A DNA stretch of 64,000 bases from Bdellovibrionales bacterium (GCA_965199825.1 OZ241329.1:2048001-2112000); one strand, 5' to 3'. Numbered from the stretch's first letter, positions 37,600-48,502 are shown. Notes: generated by a model not told the origin, from the sequence alone. Numbers and translations: made by a program.

Positions 37600-38839
37600 T
37601 GTTTTGATTGTTTCGCTTTATGGGCGTGGACATTGGATGGCTTGGGACTTGGCCGATCGCGGTCTTAAAGTTCAACTTGTGGATCTTTCAGAAAGTATGG
37701 GCCGCTGGACGCCTGAGGATTGGGAAGGTCCTTTTGGATTTTCGCAAGGGGAGGGTTTGTTGCCCTCGCAACTTGCACGGCTGCAAGAAGAAGACGATCT
37801 TGATTCTGTGCACGATGGTTTTACTCTTTGGACGCCTTCGGGCCCAGTGGACACACGAGGGCCACTCTCTCAGCACTTTCAAAATGGAATTCTAAATAAA
37901 AATGCTTTTGAATCTCAAGCTCGAGATTTTAAAATAATATGGCCTGGTCTGCTTTCACGATCGTTAAGTAGCAATGTCTATTTTGAGCATTTTTCGGCTT
38001 TGGATTCGCCGTCTCACCTCGATATGTTTCAACCTTTTTTTGTTCATCGTGTGACCCGAAGGGGGCTCCAAAAGTCCTTGGATTGGTGTAAACAAAAAGG
38101 GGTTGAGGTTTTTCAAAGTGCGTCTTTAAGAGATATTCAAACCGAAGGCTCGCAAATCAGCGGTGTTGAAATCTCAAGCGAATTTAAAGGGGTTTTACAA
38201 GCTCAGCAGTATGTGTGGTGCTTGACCAGTGCCGAAACAAAAAAAGTAGAATCAAAGGCTGCAAAAACTCTTTATCCCTCTGGGATTCTCGAGATGGAAT
38301 GGAGTTGGATTCGGTACCGCTTTAGTTTTGATGCCGACATCTATCAAAAGGTGATTCCCACTCATGCGGTCATGATCGATGATCTCAATGTGCCATGGAC
38401 TCACAATAATCTTTTGATTTTGCAAAAAACAGTTAAGCCCCAGCATTGTGATCTTTGGATGAGGCTTCCAACCCATCATCGATTTCAACGGGCGTATCTT
38501 GAAGATATGGGAGCAAAAGCAAAGGAGCTTTTGCTTCGTCGATTGCCTACGGATAAAATTGAAATTTTAGAAATGCCTCAAGATTATCTTTATGATTTTG
38601 AAGAGCTCGGCCCCTCGCTCTTTCCGGTTTATAACAGAACAGCCAAAGAAAAATTTGAGCCGCGAAATTTTAAAAATGTTTTCTATGATGGACCCGAACA
38701 TTGGTTGGGACTGGATTGGATGAATCGATTTCGTTATCAGTCTCAATTGACCGATAAACTAAAAGCTTGGAAACAAAAACAAATCGAGCTTGAACAAAAA
38801 AGGAAGCCTGACAGTGATCGCTCGTTACACGCGCCCTGA
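37592..38839 (+). CDS. Hypothetical protein, degenerate FAD/NAD-binding oxidoreductase-like fold
   Basis: DVLIVSLYGRGHWMA..LADRGLKVQLVD resembles a Rossmann start; KNVFYDGPE near the C-terminus. Confidence 0.55.
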   Translation: MTDVLIVSLYGRGHWMAWDLADRGLKVQLVDLSESMGRWTPEDWEGPFGFSQGEGLLPSQLARLQEEDDLDSVHDGFTLWTPSGPVDTRGPLSQHFQNGILNKNAFESQARDFKIIWPGLLSRSLSSNVYFEHFSALDSPSHLDMFQPFFVHRVTRRGLQKSLDWCKQKGVEVFQSASLRDIQTEGSQISGVEISSEFKGVLQAQQYVWCLTSAETKKVESKAAKTLYPSGILEMEWSWIRYRFSFDADIYQKVIPTHAVMIDDLNVPWTHNNLLILQKTVKPQHCDLWMRLPTHHRFQRAYLEDMGAKAKELLLRRLPTDKIEILEMPQDYLYDFEELGPSLFPVYNRTAKEKFEPRNFKNVFYDGPEHWLGLDWMNRFRYQSQLTDKLKAWKQKQIELEQKRKPDSDRSLHAP

Positions 38840-40112
38840 AATGGGTGAGCTTTGGGCTCAGCACTCGCGGTTTGATTTTTTGCTTAAAGTTGAGCTTGCG
38901 GTGGCTCAATCACAAAGTGAAGCTGGATTGATCCCTAAAGAGGCTTTTTTAGATATCAGAAACAAAGCTCGCTTTGATGTGGAGCGAATCGCCCAAATCG
39001 AAGAGCAAACAAAACACGATGTGATCGCCTTTGTTTCAAACCTTGCAGAAAATGTTGGCCCCAATGGGCGCTTTATTCATTATTGTTTAACCTCTTCAGA
39101 TGCGCTCGATACGGCATTGAGTCTTCAGATTTTGGCAGCGGGTGAGTTGATCACCAATGAGCTTCGACAATTGACTCAGGTTCTTGCCACCCAAGCCCTC
39201 AAATTTAAAGACACTCTCTGTGCAGGGCGCACTCATGGAATGCATGCCGAGCCCACAAGTTTTGGTCTTAAGCTTGCCGGATTTTGTGAAGAGCTCAGGC
39301 GAAATCATCAAAGATTTTTGGATGCCCTCGAGCAGATTACGATTGGCAAACTGAGCGGAGCGGTGGGGACCTATTCGGCTTTGTCGGTTGATGTTGAAAG
39401 TCGGGCTCTTGAAATTTTAAAATTGCGGCCTGAGGTGATTGCGACTCAGGTGATTCCGCGCGATCGTCATGCCCAAGTTTTATTTGCACTCTCGATGATT
39501 GGTTCTGGGATTGAACGCTTGGCGATAGAACTCAGGCATCTTCAGCGCACCGAAGTGGCTGAGGTGTCCGAGGGTTTTAGCAAAGGTCAAAAGGGATCTT
39601 CGGCCATGCCGCATAAGAAAAATCCGATCTCTGCCGAGAATCTCACCGGCTGTGCTCGGCTGCTCAGGTCTTATTTGCAATCGGCAATGGAAGATATAGC
39701 ACTTTGGCATGAGCGAGATATTTCGCACTCGGCAGTCGAGCGGGTGATCTTTCCTGATGCCTTTATTTTAACCGATTACTGTATTCACCGAATGAAGAAT
39801 TTGGTTTTGGGACTTGAGGTTGATTCAGACAAAATGATGGCCAATATGGAATTGTCTCAAGGAAAATTGTTTAGCTCGCATTTGCTTTTGAAATTGGTCG
39901 AAAAAGGACTACTTCGCGAAGAGGCTTATGCCCTGGTTCAAGAATTGAGTTTTCAAGCCGGCGAAGAGGGTTTACAAACGCTTGCTCTAAAAAATCCCAA
40001 AGTCACACGGTTATTGTCGGCGCAAGATCTTGAAGATGTGTTTTCTGGTGAGGCCCACCGAAAGGCGATCTCGAAGCAAGTCGACCGCTGGCTTTCAAAG
40101 GTTAAAATATGA
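38814..40112 (+). CDS. purB: Adenylosuccinate lyase
   Basis: IARYTRPEM, HDVIAF, GRTHG.HAEP, GSSAMPHKKNP. Confidence 0.97.
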   Translation: MIARYTRPEMGELWAQHSRFDFLLKVELAVAQSQSEAGLIPKEAFLDIRNKARFDVERIAQIEEQTKHDVIAFVSNLAENVGPNGRFIHYCLTSSDALDTALSLQILAAGELITNELRQLTQVLATQALKFKDTLCAGRTHGMHAEPTSFGLKLAGFCEELRRNHQRFLDALEQITIGKLSGAVGTYSALSVDVESRALEILKLRPEVIATQVIPRDRHAQVLFALSMIGSGIERLAIELRHLQRTEVAEVSEGFSKGQKGSSAMPHKKNPISAENLTGCARLLRSYLQSAMEDIALWHERDISHSAVERVIFPDAFILTDYCIHRMKNLVLGLEVDSDKMMANMELSQGKLFSSHLLLKLVEKGLLREEAYALVQELSFQAGEEGLQTLALKNPKVTRLLSAQDLEDVFSGEAHRKAISKQVDRWLSKVKI

Positions 40113-40828
40113 ATCGCGGTTCATTGGTGTACGAAGGTAAGGCAAAAAATCTTTACTCAATTCCAGGCGAGCCCGATCTCATTTGGATGGAATTTAAAGA
40201 TGATCTCACCGGATTTAATGGTTTAAAAAAAGGTGGGTTTGAAGGTAAAGGTGCTTTGAATCTTTCTATCTCTGAAGTGATCTTTGCAAAATTAAAAGAG
40301 GCAGGGGTTGAGTCTCATTTGGTCAAAAAAATGTCGAGCAACGAATGGGTCACAACTAAACTCCAGATTATTCCGCTTGAGGTGATTGTGCGTAATAAAT
40401 TGGCGGGCTCAACCGCCAAAAAATTTAATTTTACCGAGGGCACTCCGCTTGAAAAACCTTTGGTCGAATTTTTTTATAAAAACGATGCCTTGAATGATCC
40501 GTTTTTGAGCGATGATCAGGCCCTCATGTTAAAAGCGGCAAAGTCTCAGGATGAGTTAGAGCAACTCAAAACAAAAGCACTTCAGATCAATCAAATTCTA
40601 AAACAACTTTTTTTAAAAGCAAAATTAGAATTGATCGATTTTAAAATTGAGTTTGGAAGACGTGCCGATCAATCCATATGTTTGGCCGATGAGATCTCGC
40701 CAGATTCTTGTCGATTGTGGGATATCAAAACCCAAGAAAAATTTGATAAAGACCGATTTCGAAGAGATCTTGGCGGCATCGAAGAAGCCTATGCTCAAGT
40801 TCTCGAGCGGCTCAAATCAAAGGAGTAG
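40109..40828 (+). CDS. purC: SAICAR synthetase
   Basis: YEGKAK, DFKIEFG, LADEISPDSCRLWD, DKDRFR. Confidence 0.97.
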   Translation: MNRGSLVYEGKAKNLYSIPGEPDLIWMEFKDDLTGFNGLKKGGFEGKGALNLSISEVIFAKLKEAGVESHLVKKMSSNEWVTTKLQIIPLEVIVRNKLAGSTAKKFNFTEGTPLEKPLVEFFYKNDALNDPFLSDDQALMLKAAKSQDELEQLKTKALQINQILKQLFLKAKLELIDFKIEFGRRADQSICLADEISPDSCRLWDIKTQEKFDKDRFRRDLGGIEEAYAQVLERLKSKE

Positions 40829-40831
40829 AGA

Positions 40832-41062
40832 GTGATAGTGGGTTTAAAAATCTTACCGCGAAAAGAGGTCCTTGATTCTCAAGGGCGAGCTGTGGAGCAG
40901 ACATTAAAAGCTCACGGATTTGATCTGACTCAATGTCGGGTTGGAAAATATATCGAGATCGAAGTCGAAGCTCTTGATAAAAATGAAGCCCATCAAAAAA
41001 TCAAAGCGATGGCCGACTTCGTTTTGTATAATCCTTTGATCGAAAGTTATGAGCTTATATGA
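40832..41062 (+). CDS. purS: FGAM synthase subunit PurS
   Basis: VLDSQGRAV, RVGKYIE, LYNPLIESY. Confidence 0.93.
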   Translation: MIVGLKILPRKEVLDSQGRAVEQTLKAHGFDLTQCRVGKYIEIEVEALDKNEAHQKIKAMADFVLYNPLIESYELI

Positions 41063-41697
41063 AAGTGGGTGTGGTTCGGTTTCTTGGCACAAACTGCGAT
41101 CATGATGTTTTTGAGGCGGTCCGCTTACTGGGTGGAACTCCTGAGTATCTTTGGTTTGAAAACCAATTTGATCCAAAGAATTATGGTGCACTCTTAATTC
41201 CTGGTGGATTTAGCTATGGAGATTATCTCCGATGTGGAGCATTGGCTGCCAAAGCGCCCGCGATGATCAGTGTGATCGAAGCCGCCAAGCGCGGAGTGCC
41301 TGTATTGGGAATTTGTAATGGATTTCAAATCTTGTGCGAAGCCCAACTCTTGCCTGGAGCTTTATTAAGAAATATCAAAGGCCGATTTATTGATCGATGG
41401 GTCAAGCTCTCCACCATCAATTCGAGTCCGCATTTTCCCTCGGATCGTAATTTTAGTCTTCCTGTGGCTCACGGTGAAGGGTGCTACTACGCTCCAGACG
41501 ATGAGATTCAAAAACTCTATGATCAAAATCAAGTGTGGCTCGAATACACTGAGCCGGTGAATGGCTCGGTCAAATCCATTGCCGGAATCATGAACCAAAC
41601 AAAAAATGTTTTAGCCTTGATGCCTCACCCTGAAAGGGCCCTTGCGAGTTGGATGGGTTCTGATGCGGGTACAAGTTTTTTTGCCGGATTATCATGA
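41059..41697 (+). CDS. purQ: FGAM synthase glutaminase subunit
   Basis: PGGFSYGDYLR, GICNGFQIL, MPHPER. Confidence 0.96.
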   Translation: MKVGVVRFLGTNCDHDVFEAVRLLGGTPEYLWFENQFDPKNYGALLIPGGFSYGDYLRCGALAAKAPAMISVIEAAKRGVPVLGICNGFQILCEAQLLPGALLRNIKGRFIDRWVKLSTINSSPHFPSDRNFSLPVAHGEGCYYAPDDEIQKLYDQNQVWLEYTEPVNGSVKSIAGIMNQTKNVLALMPHPERALASWMGSDAGTSFFAGLS

Positions 41698-43835
41698 AAG
41701 AAAAATTAGAAAAATATCGTATCAGTCCAGATGAGTATCAAAAGATTTGCCAACTTTTAGATCGTGAACCTCAAGGTGTCGAGTGGGCTTTATTTTCGGC
41801 ACTGTGGAGTGAGCACTGCTCTTACAAATCGTCGCGGTTTTATCTTAAAAAATTTAAAACAACGTCCACCCGCGTTTTAGAAGGCATGGGAGAAAATGCG
41901 GGCGTGGTGGATTTAGGACTTGGTGAGCGCGTGGCTTTCAAAATGGAAAGCCACAATCATCCAAGTTTTATTGAGCCTGTACAAGGGGCTGCAACCGGTG
42001 TGGGCGGAATACTTCGCGACATCTTTACCATGGGAGCACGACCCATTGCCCTTGCCAATTACCTCTGTTTTGGAAATCCCAAGGCCCACAGGATGTCCGA
42101 GCTTGTTGAGGGTGTGGTGAAAGGAATTAGTTTTTACGGCAACTGTGTGGGAGTTGCCAACATCACCGGTCAAACCGAATTTCATTCGTCTTATGACGGA
42201 AATATTTTGGTGAATGCATTTGCTCTTGGCTATTTTGGTCCAGAGGATCAAATTGCCAATTCGCGGGCGCAAGGAATTGGAAATTTAATCATCTATGTCG
42301 GGGCCAAGACCGGGAGAGACGGCATTCATGCGGCTAGCATGGCCTCTGAAAGCTTTGATCAAAATTCTGAAAGTAAAAGACCAACTATACAAATCGGCGA
42401 TCCGTTTTATGAAAAACTTTTGATCGAGGCGTGTCTTGAAATCATCCAACAAAATCTGGTGGTGGCGATCCAAGATATGGGAGCTGCGGGGCTCACATCC
42501 TCAACCTTTGAAATGGCCCAAAAGGGCGGCGTCGGATTCAGAATAGATCTCGACCGAGTTCCTCTAAGAGATTTAACTCTCACTCCAGAAGAAATTTTAT
42601 TGTCCGAAAGCCAAGAGCGAATGCTTCTGATTGCCGAGCCCAAAAATCTCAAAGCAATTCAAGATGTGTTTACTAAATACACCCTTGATGCCGCCGTCAT
42701 TGGCGAAGTTGTCGAGGGGCAAGATGTTGAATTGCGCTATCATCAAAAGACTTTAACAAAAATCAATCCGCATCTGTTGACCGAAGGTGCGCCACTTTAT
42801 CAAAGGCCTTTTACTGAGCCCGAGATCCGAATGTGTGAAAAGCTCACACCCTTGGACAACACCGATGCTCTCGGACTTTTTTTACAAATGATTTCCTCCC
42901 CGCAAGGATGTAGCCGTAATTTTATTTATGAGCAATATGATCAGCGTGTGGGGGGTCGAACCGCCAGAGACTGTCGGTCTCCGGTGGGAGTGGTCAAACT
43001 TCCGTCGGATCGATTGTTAGGAATTGCAATGGGATTTCGGCCCACGCTCATGCGACTGTGTCCCCATGTGGGCTCCGTTGATTCGGTGATCTCGGCTTGT
43101 CTTAAGCTTTCGGCTTTGGGATTTGAGCCGTTGGCCACCACCGATTGCCTGAATTTTGGATCTCCCGAAAATAAAGCAATTATGGGTGAATTTATCGTGG
43201 CGGTAGATCAAATAGCAAAAGCTGCCGAAGTCTTTCATGCGCCTGTGATCAGCGGCAATGTCAGTCTTTACAACCAAACTCTGGATAAGAGCATCACCAA
43301 CACGCCATCGGTCGGCGTAGTGGGAATCAAAACAAAGATGGAGCTCACGCCGAGCTCGACTTTTACAGATGTTGATCAAAATATTTTTGTTTTGAGTTCG
43401 GTTGATGTAACAACCTTTGGTGATTTGTCTGAATTATTAAAACTTCCACTAGAGCACACCGGAAAAATTCACCTTCAGGCTCAAGCCGATTTTGCCAAAC
43501 ACTTACGACAAATGGCCCAAAATTTTACCAGCGTGCGGGTGGTTACAAAATTTGGAATTCCTTATGCTTTGTTTAGAATGTGCACCGAAGAGTTGGGTTG
43601 CAGTGTCAATTTGAATGTCAAAGATCTCTCTGAGTTATTTGTGGAAAAACTTTATCAAGTGATTGTCACAGGCCCAAAAAACCTGCCGGAATTATTTCCG
43701 CATCAGGCGTTTGTGCATATTGGTTCAACCAAGAAGACTATTTTTGAAATTGTGGGACATATCAAAACCGATGTGATGAGTTTAATTGAGCATTACAACA
43801 AAGGATTTGGAGATCACTTTGCCAAGCTTTCATGA
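41694..43835 (+). CDS. purL: FGAM synthase subunit PurL
   Basis: WSEHCSYKSS, ESHNHPS, QDMGAAGL, LSESQERM, SGNVSLYN. Confidence 0.97.
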   Translation: MKEKLEKYRISPDEYQKICQLLDREPQGVEWALFSALWSEHCSYKSSRFYLKKFKTTSTRVLEGMGENAGVVDLGLGERVAFKMESHNHPSFIEPVQGAATGVGGILRDIFTMGARPIALANYLCFGNPKAHRMSELVEGVVKGISFYGNCVGVANITGQTEFHSSYDGNILVNAFALGYFGPEDQIANSRAQGIGNLIIYVGAKTGRDGIHAASMASESFDQNSESKRPTIQIGDPFYEKLLIEACLEIIQQNLVVAIQDMGAAGLTSSTFEMAQKGGVGFRIDLDRVPLRDLTLTPEEILLSESQERMLLIAEPKNLKAIQDVFTKYTLDAAVIGEVVEGQDVELRYHQKTLTKINPHLLTEGAPLYQRPFTEPEIRMCEKLTPLDNTDALGLFLQMISSPQGCSRNFIYEQYDQRVGGRTARDCRSPVGVVKLPSDRLLGIAMGFRPTLMRLCPHVGSVDSVISACLKLSALGFEPLATTDCLNFGSPENKAIMGEFIVAVDQIAKAAEVFHAPVISGNVSLYNQTLDKSITNTPSVGVVGIKTKMELTPSSTFTDVDQNIFVLSSVDVTTFGDLSELLKLPLEHTGKIHLQAQADFAKHLRQMAQNFTSVRVVTKFGIPYALFRMCTEELGCSVNLNVKDLSELFVEKLYQVIVTGPKNLPELFPHQAFVHIGSTKKTIFEIVGHIKTDVMSLIEHYNKGFGDHFAKLS

Positions 43836-45210
43836 TGAGTGTGCGGTGTTTGGAATTTGGAATGATCCAGAGGCTGCGCGGATGACTTATCTTGGACTTT
43901 TTGCTCAGCAGCATCGCGGACAAGAGTCTGCAGGCATTGTTACAAATTTCGAGGGCCAACAACTGCATCATAAAGGGTTGGGGCTTGTTGGCGATGTGTT
44001 TAGCGAGACCAATCTTAATGATCTCAAAGGTTTTGCAAGTGTTGGACACACACGCTACTCCACAACCGGCCAAAATCTTTTGACCAATGCCCAACCCCTC
44101 ACTGCACAGTTGGAGGCCGGGCCCATTGCGCTCGCTCACAATGGCAATATCGTCAATGCCCAAGAACTCAGGAAAGACTTGATCGCACAGGGTGCGATTT
44201 TTTACGGGACCAATGACACAGAAATTTTACTCCATCTTTTGGCCCGGAGTTCGAAAGATGTGATCAAAGGTTTAACCGAATGCGCCCCATTATTAAAGGG
44301 GGCTTACAGTATGACATTGTTAAATCAAAATTGTTTGATTGCGATACGTGATCCCTTGGGCTTTCGACCTCTTGTGGTGGGGCGGCGCACTCTTGAAAAT
44401 GGTGGATTTTCGACAGTGGTTGCATCCGAAACCTGCGCTCTTGATTTGATTGGTGCAAAATTCGTAAGAGAAATTCAACCAGGAGAAATCTTTTGGGTGG
44501 ATGCTCAAGGCGAGCACTCCACTCGATTTTCAGCTTCAACAGAACAAACCGCTAAATGTGTTTTTGAACATGTCTATTTCGCAAGGCCCGATTCGATTGT
44601 TTTTGGTGAGAGTGTTTATGAGGCGCGGAAAAAAATGGGTGAGTGCTTAGCCGAAGAAAGTGGAGTCGAGGGCGATATCGTGGTGCCGGTTCCAGATAGC
44701 GGAGTCCCTGCGGCTATCGGGTATAGCAACAAAAGTAAAATTCCTTTTGAGCTCGGAATTATTCGCAATCACTATATTGGGCGCACATTTATTCAGCCCA
44801 GTCAGTCGATCCGCAGTTTTGGGGTTAAGATAAAATTAAATCCGCAAGCCCAAGTGCTCAATGGCAAACGTGTGATTGTGATTGATGATTCGCTAGTACG
44901 GGGAACCACCAGCCAAAAAATCATTCGGCTGATTCGCCAGGCGGGAGCTAAGGAAGTTCATTTTAGAATTGCCTCGCCCCCGACAACGGGCCCTTGTTTT
45001 TATGGTGTGGACACTCCAAAAAAATCTCAGTTGGCCGCGGCAAATTCCTCACTAGAAGAGATCAGACGTTTTATAGATGCCGATTCGTTATCTTATCTTT
45101 CGGTTGAGGGATTAATGAGGGCGGTGAATGGAACTCGTAAAGCCTATTGTGCCGCATGTTTTGACGGAAATTATCCCACTCCATTATTTGGTTTAGACAA
45201 GGAAAAATAG
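43819..45210 (+). CDS. purF: Amidophosphoribosyltransferase
   Basis: HDECAVFG (propeptide plus catalytic Cys), QHRGQES, GHTRYST, VIDDSLVRGTT; start approximate. Confidence 0.97.
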   Translation: MPSFHDECAVFGIWNDPEAARMTYLGLFAQQHRGQESAGIVTNFEGQQLHHKGLGLVGDVFSETNLNDLKGFASVGHTRYSTTGQNLLTNAQPLTAQLEAGPIALAHNGNIVNAQELRKDLIAQGAIFYGTNDTEILLHLLARSSKDVIKGLTECAPLLKGAYSMTLLNQNCLIAIRDPLGFRPLVVGRRTLENGGFSTVVASETCALDLIGAKFVREIQPGEIFWVDAQGEHSTRFSASTEQTAKCVFEHVYFARPDSIVFGESVYEARKKMGECLAEESGVEGDIVVPVPDSGVPAAIGYSNKSKIPFELGIIRNHYIGRTFIQPSQSIRSFGVKIKLNPQAQVLNGKRVIVIDDSLVRGTTSQKIIRLIRQAGAKEVHFRIASPPTTGPCFYGVDTPKKSQLAAANSSLEEIRRFIDADSLSYLSVEGLMRAVNGTRKAYCAACFDGNYPTPLFGLDKEK

Positions 45211-45254
45211 TCCGCACACTTCTTGCACTTTTTTAAGAGAATCAACTTAAAGGA

Positions 45255-46148
45255 GTGTTTCACATGCAACCGCAAATTCAAAACGAACCAAAGCCGCCCT
45301 TTGTTCCCCAACATCAGTCCACATCTCCCGGTCTTGAATCCGAACTCAATCCGCGTCCAAATTTTGATGCGCCTCTCTACAAACCGGCAAATAAACTGCT
45401 TGGCAAAAAAGCTTTGATCACCGGAGGTGATTCTGGAATTGGGCGAGCGGTTGCGGTTCTTTATGCTCGTGAAGGTGCGGATGTGGCGATTGGTTATCTT
45501 CAAGAAGAACAAACCGATGCGGATGAGACCAAGCGTCTTATTGAGCATGAAGGTGGCAAATGTCTTTTGCTTCCCGGCGATGTCACAGATGAAACCTTTT
45601 GTAAAAGTATGATCGAAAAGTGTGTTTCGGAATTTGGTGGAATCGATATTCTTGTGAGCAATGCCGCCCATCAGATGCGCAAAAAATCATTAGAAGAAAT
45701 TTCGGCCGAGGAGTGGGATAAAACCTTTCGTACAAACATCTATGCCTATTTTTATTTAGCCAAAGCGGTTGTTCCCCACATGAAGCCAGGATCGGCGATC
45801 ATTGTAACAAGTAGCGAAACCGCCTTTTATGGACCTGAAGAATTGCCCGATTACTCCTCAACAAAAGGGGCGATCAACACCTTTACAAAATCACTTTCAA
45901 AAATGCTTTTGCAAAAAGGGATTCGGGTCAATGCGGTGGCTCCAGGGCCTGTATGGACTCCGCTCAATCCTGCTGATCAAGGAATGGATGCCGAGCGCGT
46001 TGCCAAATTCGGATCGTCACAGCCGATTGGTCGAGCGGCTCAGCCCGAAGAACTTGCACCCTCTTATGTGTTTTTGGCGTCTGATGCTGATTCAAGTTAT
46101 ATCACCGGAATTATTTTACCTGTGATGGGCGGCAAACCTGTCACTTGA
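45255..46148 (+). CDS. SDR oxidoreductase (YghA / general stress protein-like)
   Basis: TGGDSGIGRA, YSSTK, NAVAPGPVWTPL. Confidence 0.92.
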   Translation: MFHMQPQIQNEPKPPFVPQHQSTSPGLESELNPRPNFDAPLYKPANKLLGKKALITGGDSGIGRAVAVLYAREGADVAIGYLQEEQTDADETKRLIEHEGGKCLLLPGDVTDETFCKSMIEKCVSEFGGIDILVSNAAHQMRKKSLEEISAEEWDKTFRTNIYAYFYLAKAVVPHMKPGSAIIVTSSETAFYGPEELPDYSSTKGAINTFTKSLSKMLLQKGIRVNAVAPGPVWTPLNPADQGMDAERVAKFGSSQPIGRAAQPEELAPSYVFLASDADSSYITGIILPVMGGKPVT

Positions 46149-46152
46149 GCAA

Positions 46153-46575
46153 GTGTCTCTCGAACAAATTCGTCGCGGAGAAATTACCAAAAACGACGGC
46201 TTTGTTATTGTGTGTATGAGATTTTATCCGCGGGGTTTAAAAAAAGAATTGATCGATGAATTTCAACCCCGCCTTTCGCCTCCTAAACAATTGCTCCTCG
46301 ATTTTAAAAAAGCCGAAGCCCAGTTTGGTCATGAACAAGCCTTTGAAGTCACAAATTACAACGAGCGATTTGAGTTGTCTTTTCAAGCCTTGGCCGAACT
46401 TCAAAGGTTAAGCGAGATGGATAAAAAAGTATTTGTTGGTTGTCAGTGTGCGATCGGCCAAATGTGTCACCGCGAAATCCTTTTGGCTCTGGCCCATAAA
46501 CTTTTTAAGGCCGAGATTGGCCAAATATTTCATTCCTATTCTTTCGTCGATCAATTCGAATTTCCTAGTTTTTAA
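46153..46575 (+). CDS. DUF488-like protein
   Basis: MRFYPRGLKK, LSPPKQLL, C....CHR.IL. Confidence 0.75.
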   Translation: MSLEQIRRGEITKNDGFVIVCMRFYPRGLKKELIDEFQPRLSPPKQLLLDFKKAEAQFGHEQAFEVTNYNERFELSFQALAELQRLSEMDKKVFVGCQCAIGQMCHREILLALAHKLFKAEIGQIFHSYSFVDQFEFPSF

Positions 46576-46601
46576 GTTTCAAGGTTGCTTTACTTAAAGC
46601 C

Positions 46602-47492
46602 ATGCAACTTAAAAAAAACGATCTGATTGACATCATTGCCCCGGGTTCTATTGGGCAAAAGGATCATTTTAAAAAAGCTTTGGGTGTTTTGCGCGATCGC
46701 GGTTTTAAAACTCGGTTTCCAGAGGATATGTATGGACCAACAAAAATGGTTTCAAACACCGATGAACGAAGGTTTGATCATCTTCAAAAAGCATTGCTGA
46801 ATACCGAATCCAAAGCGATTTGGTGTGTGAGAGGGGGATATGGGTCAATTCGACTATTGCCCCATTTGGCAAAACTCAAAAAGCCCCGTCACAAAAAGAT
46901 CTTTATTGGTTATAGCGATGTCACAAGTCTGCATCTTTTTTTAAATCAAAATTGGGGATGGCCCACCATCCATGGGCCGTTACTTGATCGTGTGGGCAAA
47001 GGGGTGATGACTCCAATCGAAAACAAATCGCTATGGAATTTGATCGAAGGCGAACCAGGTCCTGTCCGATTTTCTGATTTAAAAACTCTTTTGCCGATGA
47101 GCAAATCTATCACTGGAAAAATCATTGGTGGAAATCTCATGGTGGCCCAAAGCACGTTAGGGACTCCTTTTCAGATTGATGGCAGCAATCGTATCTTGTT
47201 TTTTGAAGAGATCGACGAGCGCCCCTACCGAATTGATCGCATCCTTCATCATATGGAGCAGGCCCAAGTTTTTAAAAAAGCAAAAGCAATTTTATTTGGT
47301 CAGATCGTTGGAATTCCGACCGAAGAGATTGCTATTTTGAAAAACGATGTGCTCTTGCCTTTTGCAAAAAGAATGAAGTGCCCCGTGATCACGGGTCTTT
47401 CTGTTGGACATGGAACAAAGCAGTTGTCATTGCCACTCAATCAACAAGCGACACTTGTTTGTAACGGTGAAAAGGCCCAGCTCACGTTATGA
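46602..47492 (+). CDS. LD-carboxypeptidase (S66, LdcA-like)
   Basis: RGGYGS, GYSDVT, GGNL, FFEEIDE, VGH. Confidence 0.92.
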   Translation: MQLKKNDLIDIIAPGSIGQKDHFKKALGVLRDRGFKTRFPEDMYGPTKMVSNTDERRFDHLQKALLNTESKAIWCVRGGYGSIRLLPHLAKLKKPRHKKIFIGYSDVTSLHLFLNQNWGWPTIHGPLLDRVGKGVMTPIENKSLWNLIEGEPGPVRFSDLKTLLPMSKSITGKIIGGNLMVAQSTLGTPFQIDGSNRILFFEEIDERPYRIDRILHHMEQAQVFKKAKAILFGQIVGIPTEEIAILKNDVLLPFAKRMKCPVITGLSVGHGTKQLSLPLNQQATLVCNGEKAQLTL

Positions 47493-48502
47493 CTCCCCAG
47501 CAGGTGTTTGAAAAAAAAGTGGCTGATTATTTAAAGGTAGCGGGGGGAATAAAAAAATTAACCCAAGGATTTTGTATTTCGGTCACAAAAAAAGATCGGG
47601 TGATCTATCAAAAAAATTTTGGTAAGGTGTACCGTTTTTATGATTTGGCTTCGCTCACGAAAATCATTTGCTCAACCGCAATAGCAATTGAACTCGTTGA
47701 ACAGGGTCGGTTGGATTTAAAAAAAGCGGTGAGTGCGTATTGGCCGCAGTATCCGGGAAATGCACGGGTTCGTGACTTACTGAGCCACCAGGCGGGCCTT
47801 GAGTGGTGGGAGCCGTTTTATCAGTTGATTGATCCCAAACTTTCGAGACCCAAACGGTTTGAACAAATCGAAAAAGCAATTTCATATCAAAAAAGATCGC
47901 GCATAAAGAAATCGATTTATTCTGATCTTGATTTGTTTGCTCTTTATGCAGTCTTACGCCGAATCACCAATGAACCGCTTGAAAAAACATTTCGACGATT
48001 AAAAACAAAAAGCATCTTTTTTAATATTGATAATAAATCGCGCTTTGATAAAAAAGATTTTGCTCCCACTGAGATTCATCAAGGTCAGGTGCATGATGAA
48101 AATGCGTGGAGTCTTGGCGGGGTCGCTCCCCACGCAGGACTTTTTGGCTCGCTCGAGGGGGTAACAAAATATCTTTTAGAGCTGCGCCAAAACTATCTAA
48201 AATCAAAAGTGGTCAAAGATTTTGTAAAACGCAAAATGCCTCCTGAAGACGGCGATTTTGGCTATGGCTTTATGCTTCCGACTTATGGCCGGGCCTCTTG
48301 TGGCCAGTTTTTTTCTCAAAAAAGTTTTGGTCATACCGGATTTACGGGGACCAGTTTGTGGTATGATCCTCAAGCCGATTTGGGTGTGGTGCTCTTAAGT
48401 AATCGGGTTTATCCCACACGCCAAAATAAAAAATTTAATGAACTCAGACCGCTTCTTCACGATTGGCTTTTTGAAATGCAAAGGGAGATTCATGCAACTT
48501 AA
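47489..48502 (+). CDS. Serine hydrolase, beta-lactamase/AmiE-like family
   Basis: DLASLTK (SxxK), YSD, VHDENA, HAGLF, GHTGFTGTS. Confidence 0.88.
   Translation: MTPQQVFEKKVADYLKVAGGIKKLTQGFCISVTKKDRVIYQKNFGKVYRFYDLASLTKIICSTAIAIELVEQGRLDLKKAVSAYWPQYPGNARVRDLLSHQAGLEWWEPFYQLIDPKLSRPKRFEQIEKAISYQKRSRIKKSIYSDLDLFALYAVLRRITNEPLEKTFRRLKTKSIFFNIDNKSRFDKKDFAPTEIHQGQVHDENAWSLGGVAPHAGLFGSLEGVTKYLLELRQNYLKSKVVKDFVKRKMPPEDGDFGYGFMLPTYGRASCGQFFSQKSFGHTGFTGTSLWYDPQADLGVVLLSNRVYPTRQNKKFNELRPLLHDWLFEMQREIHAT

Noticed and set aside
20781..45671. Many short antisense or alternate-frame ORFs inside ftsH, glmM, pur genes and the SDR
   Set aside because: Fully overlap confident genes and show no motifs; shadow ORFs
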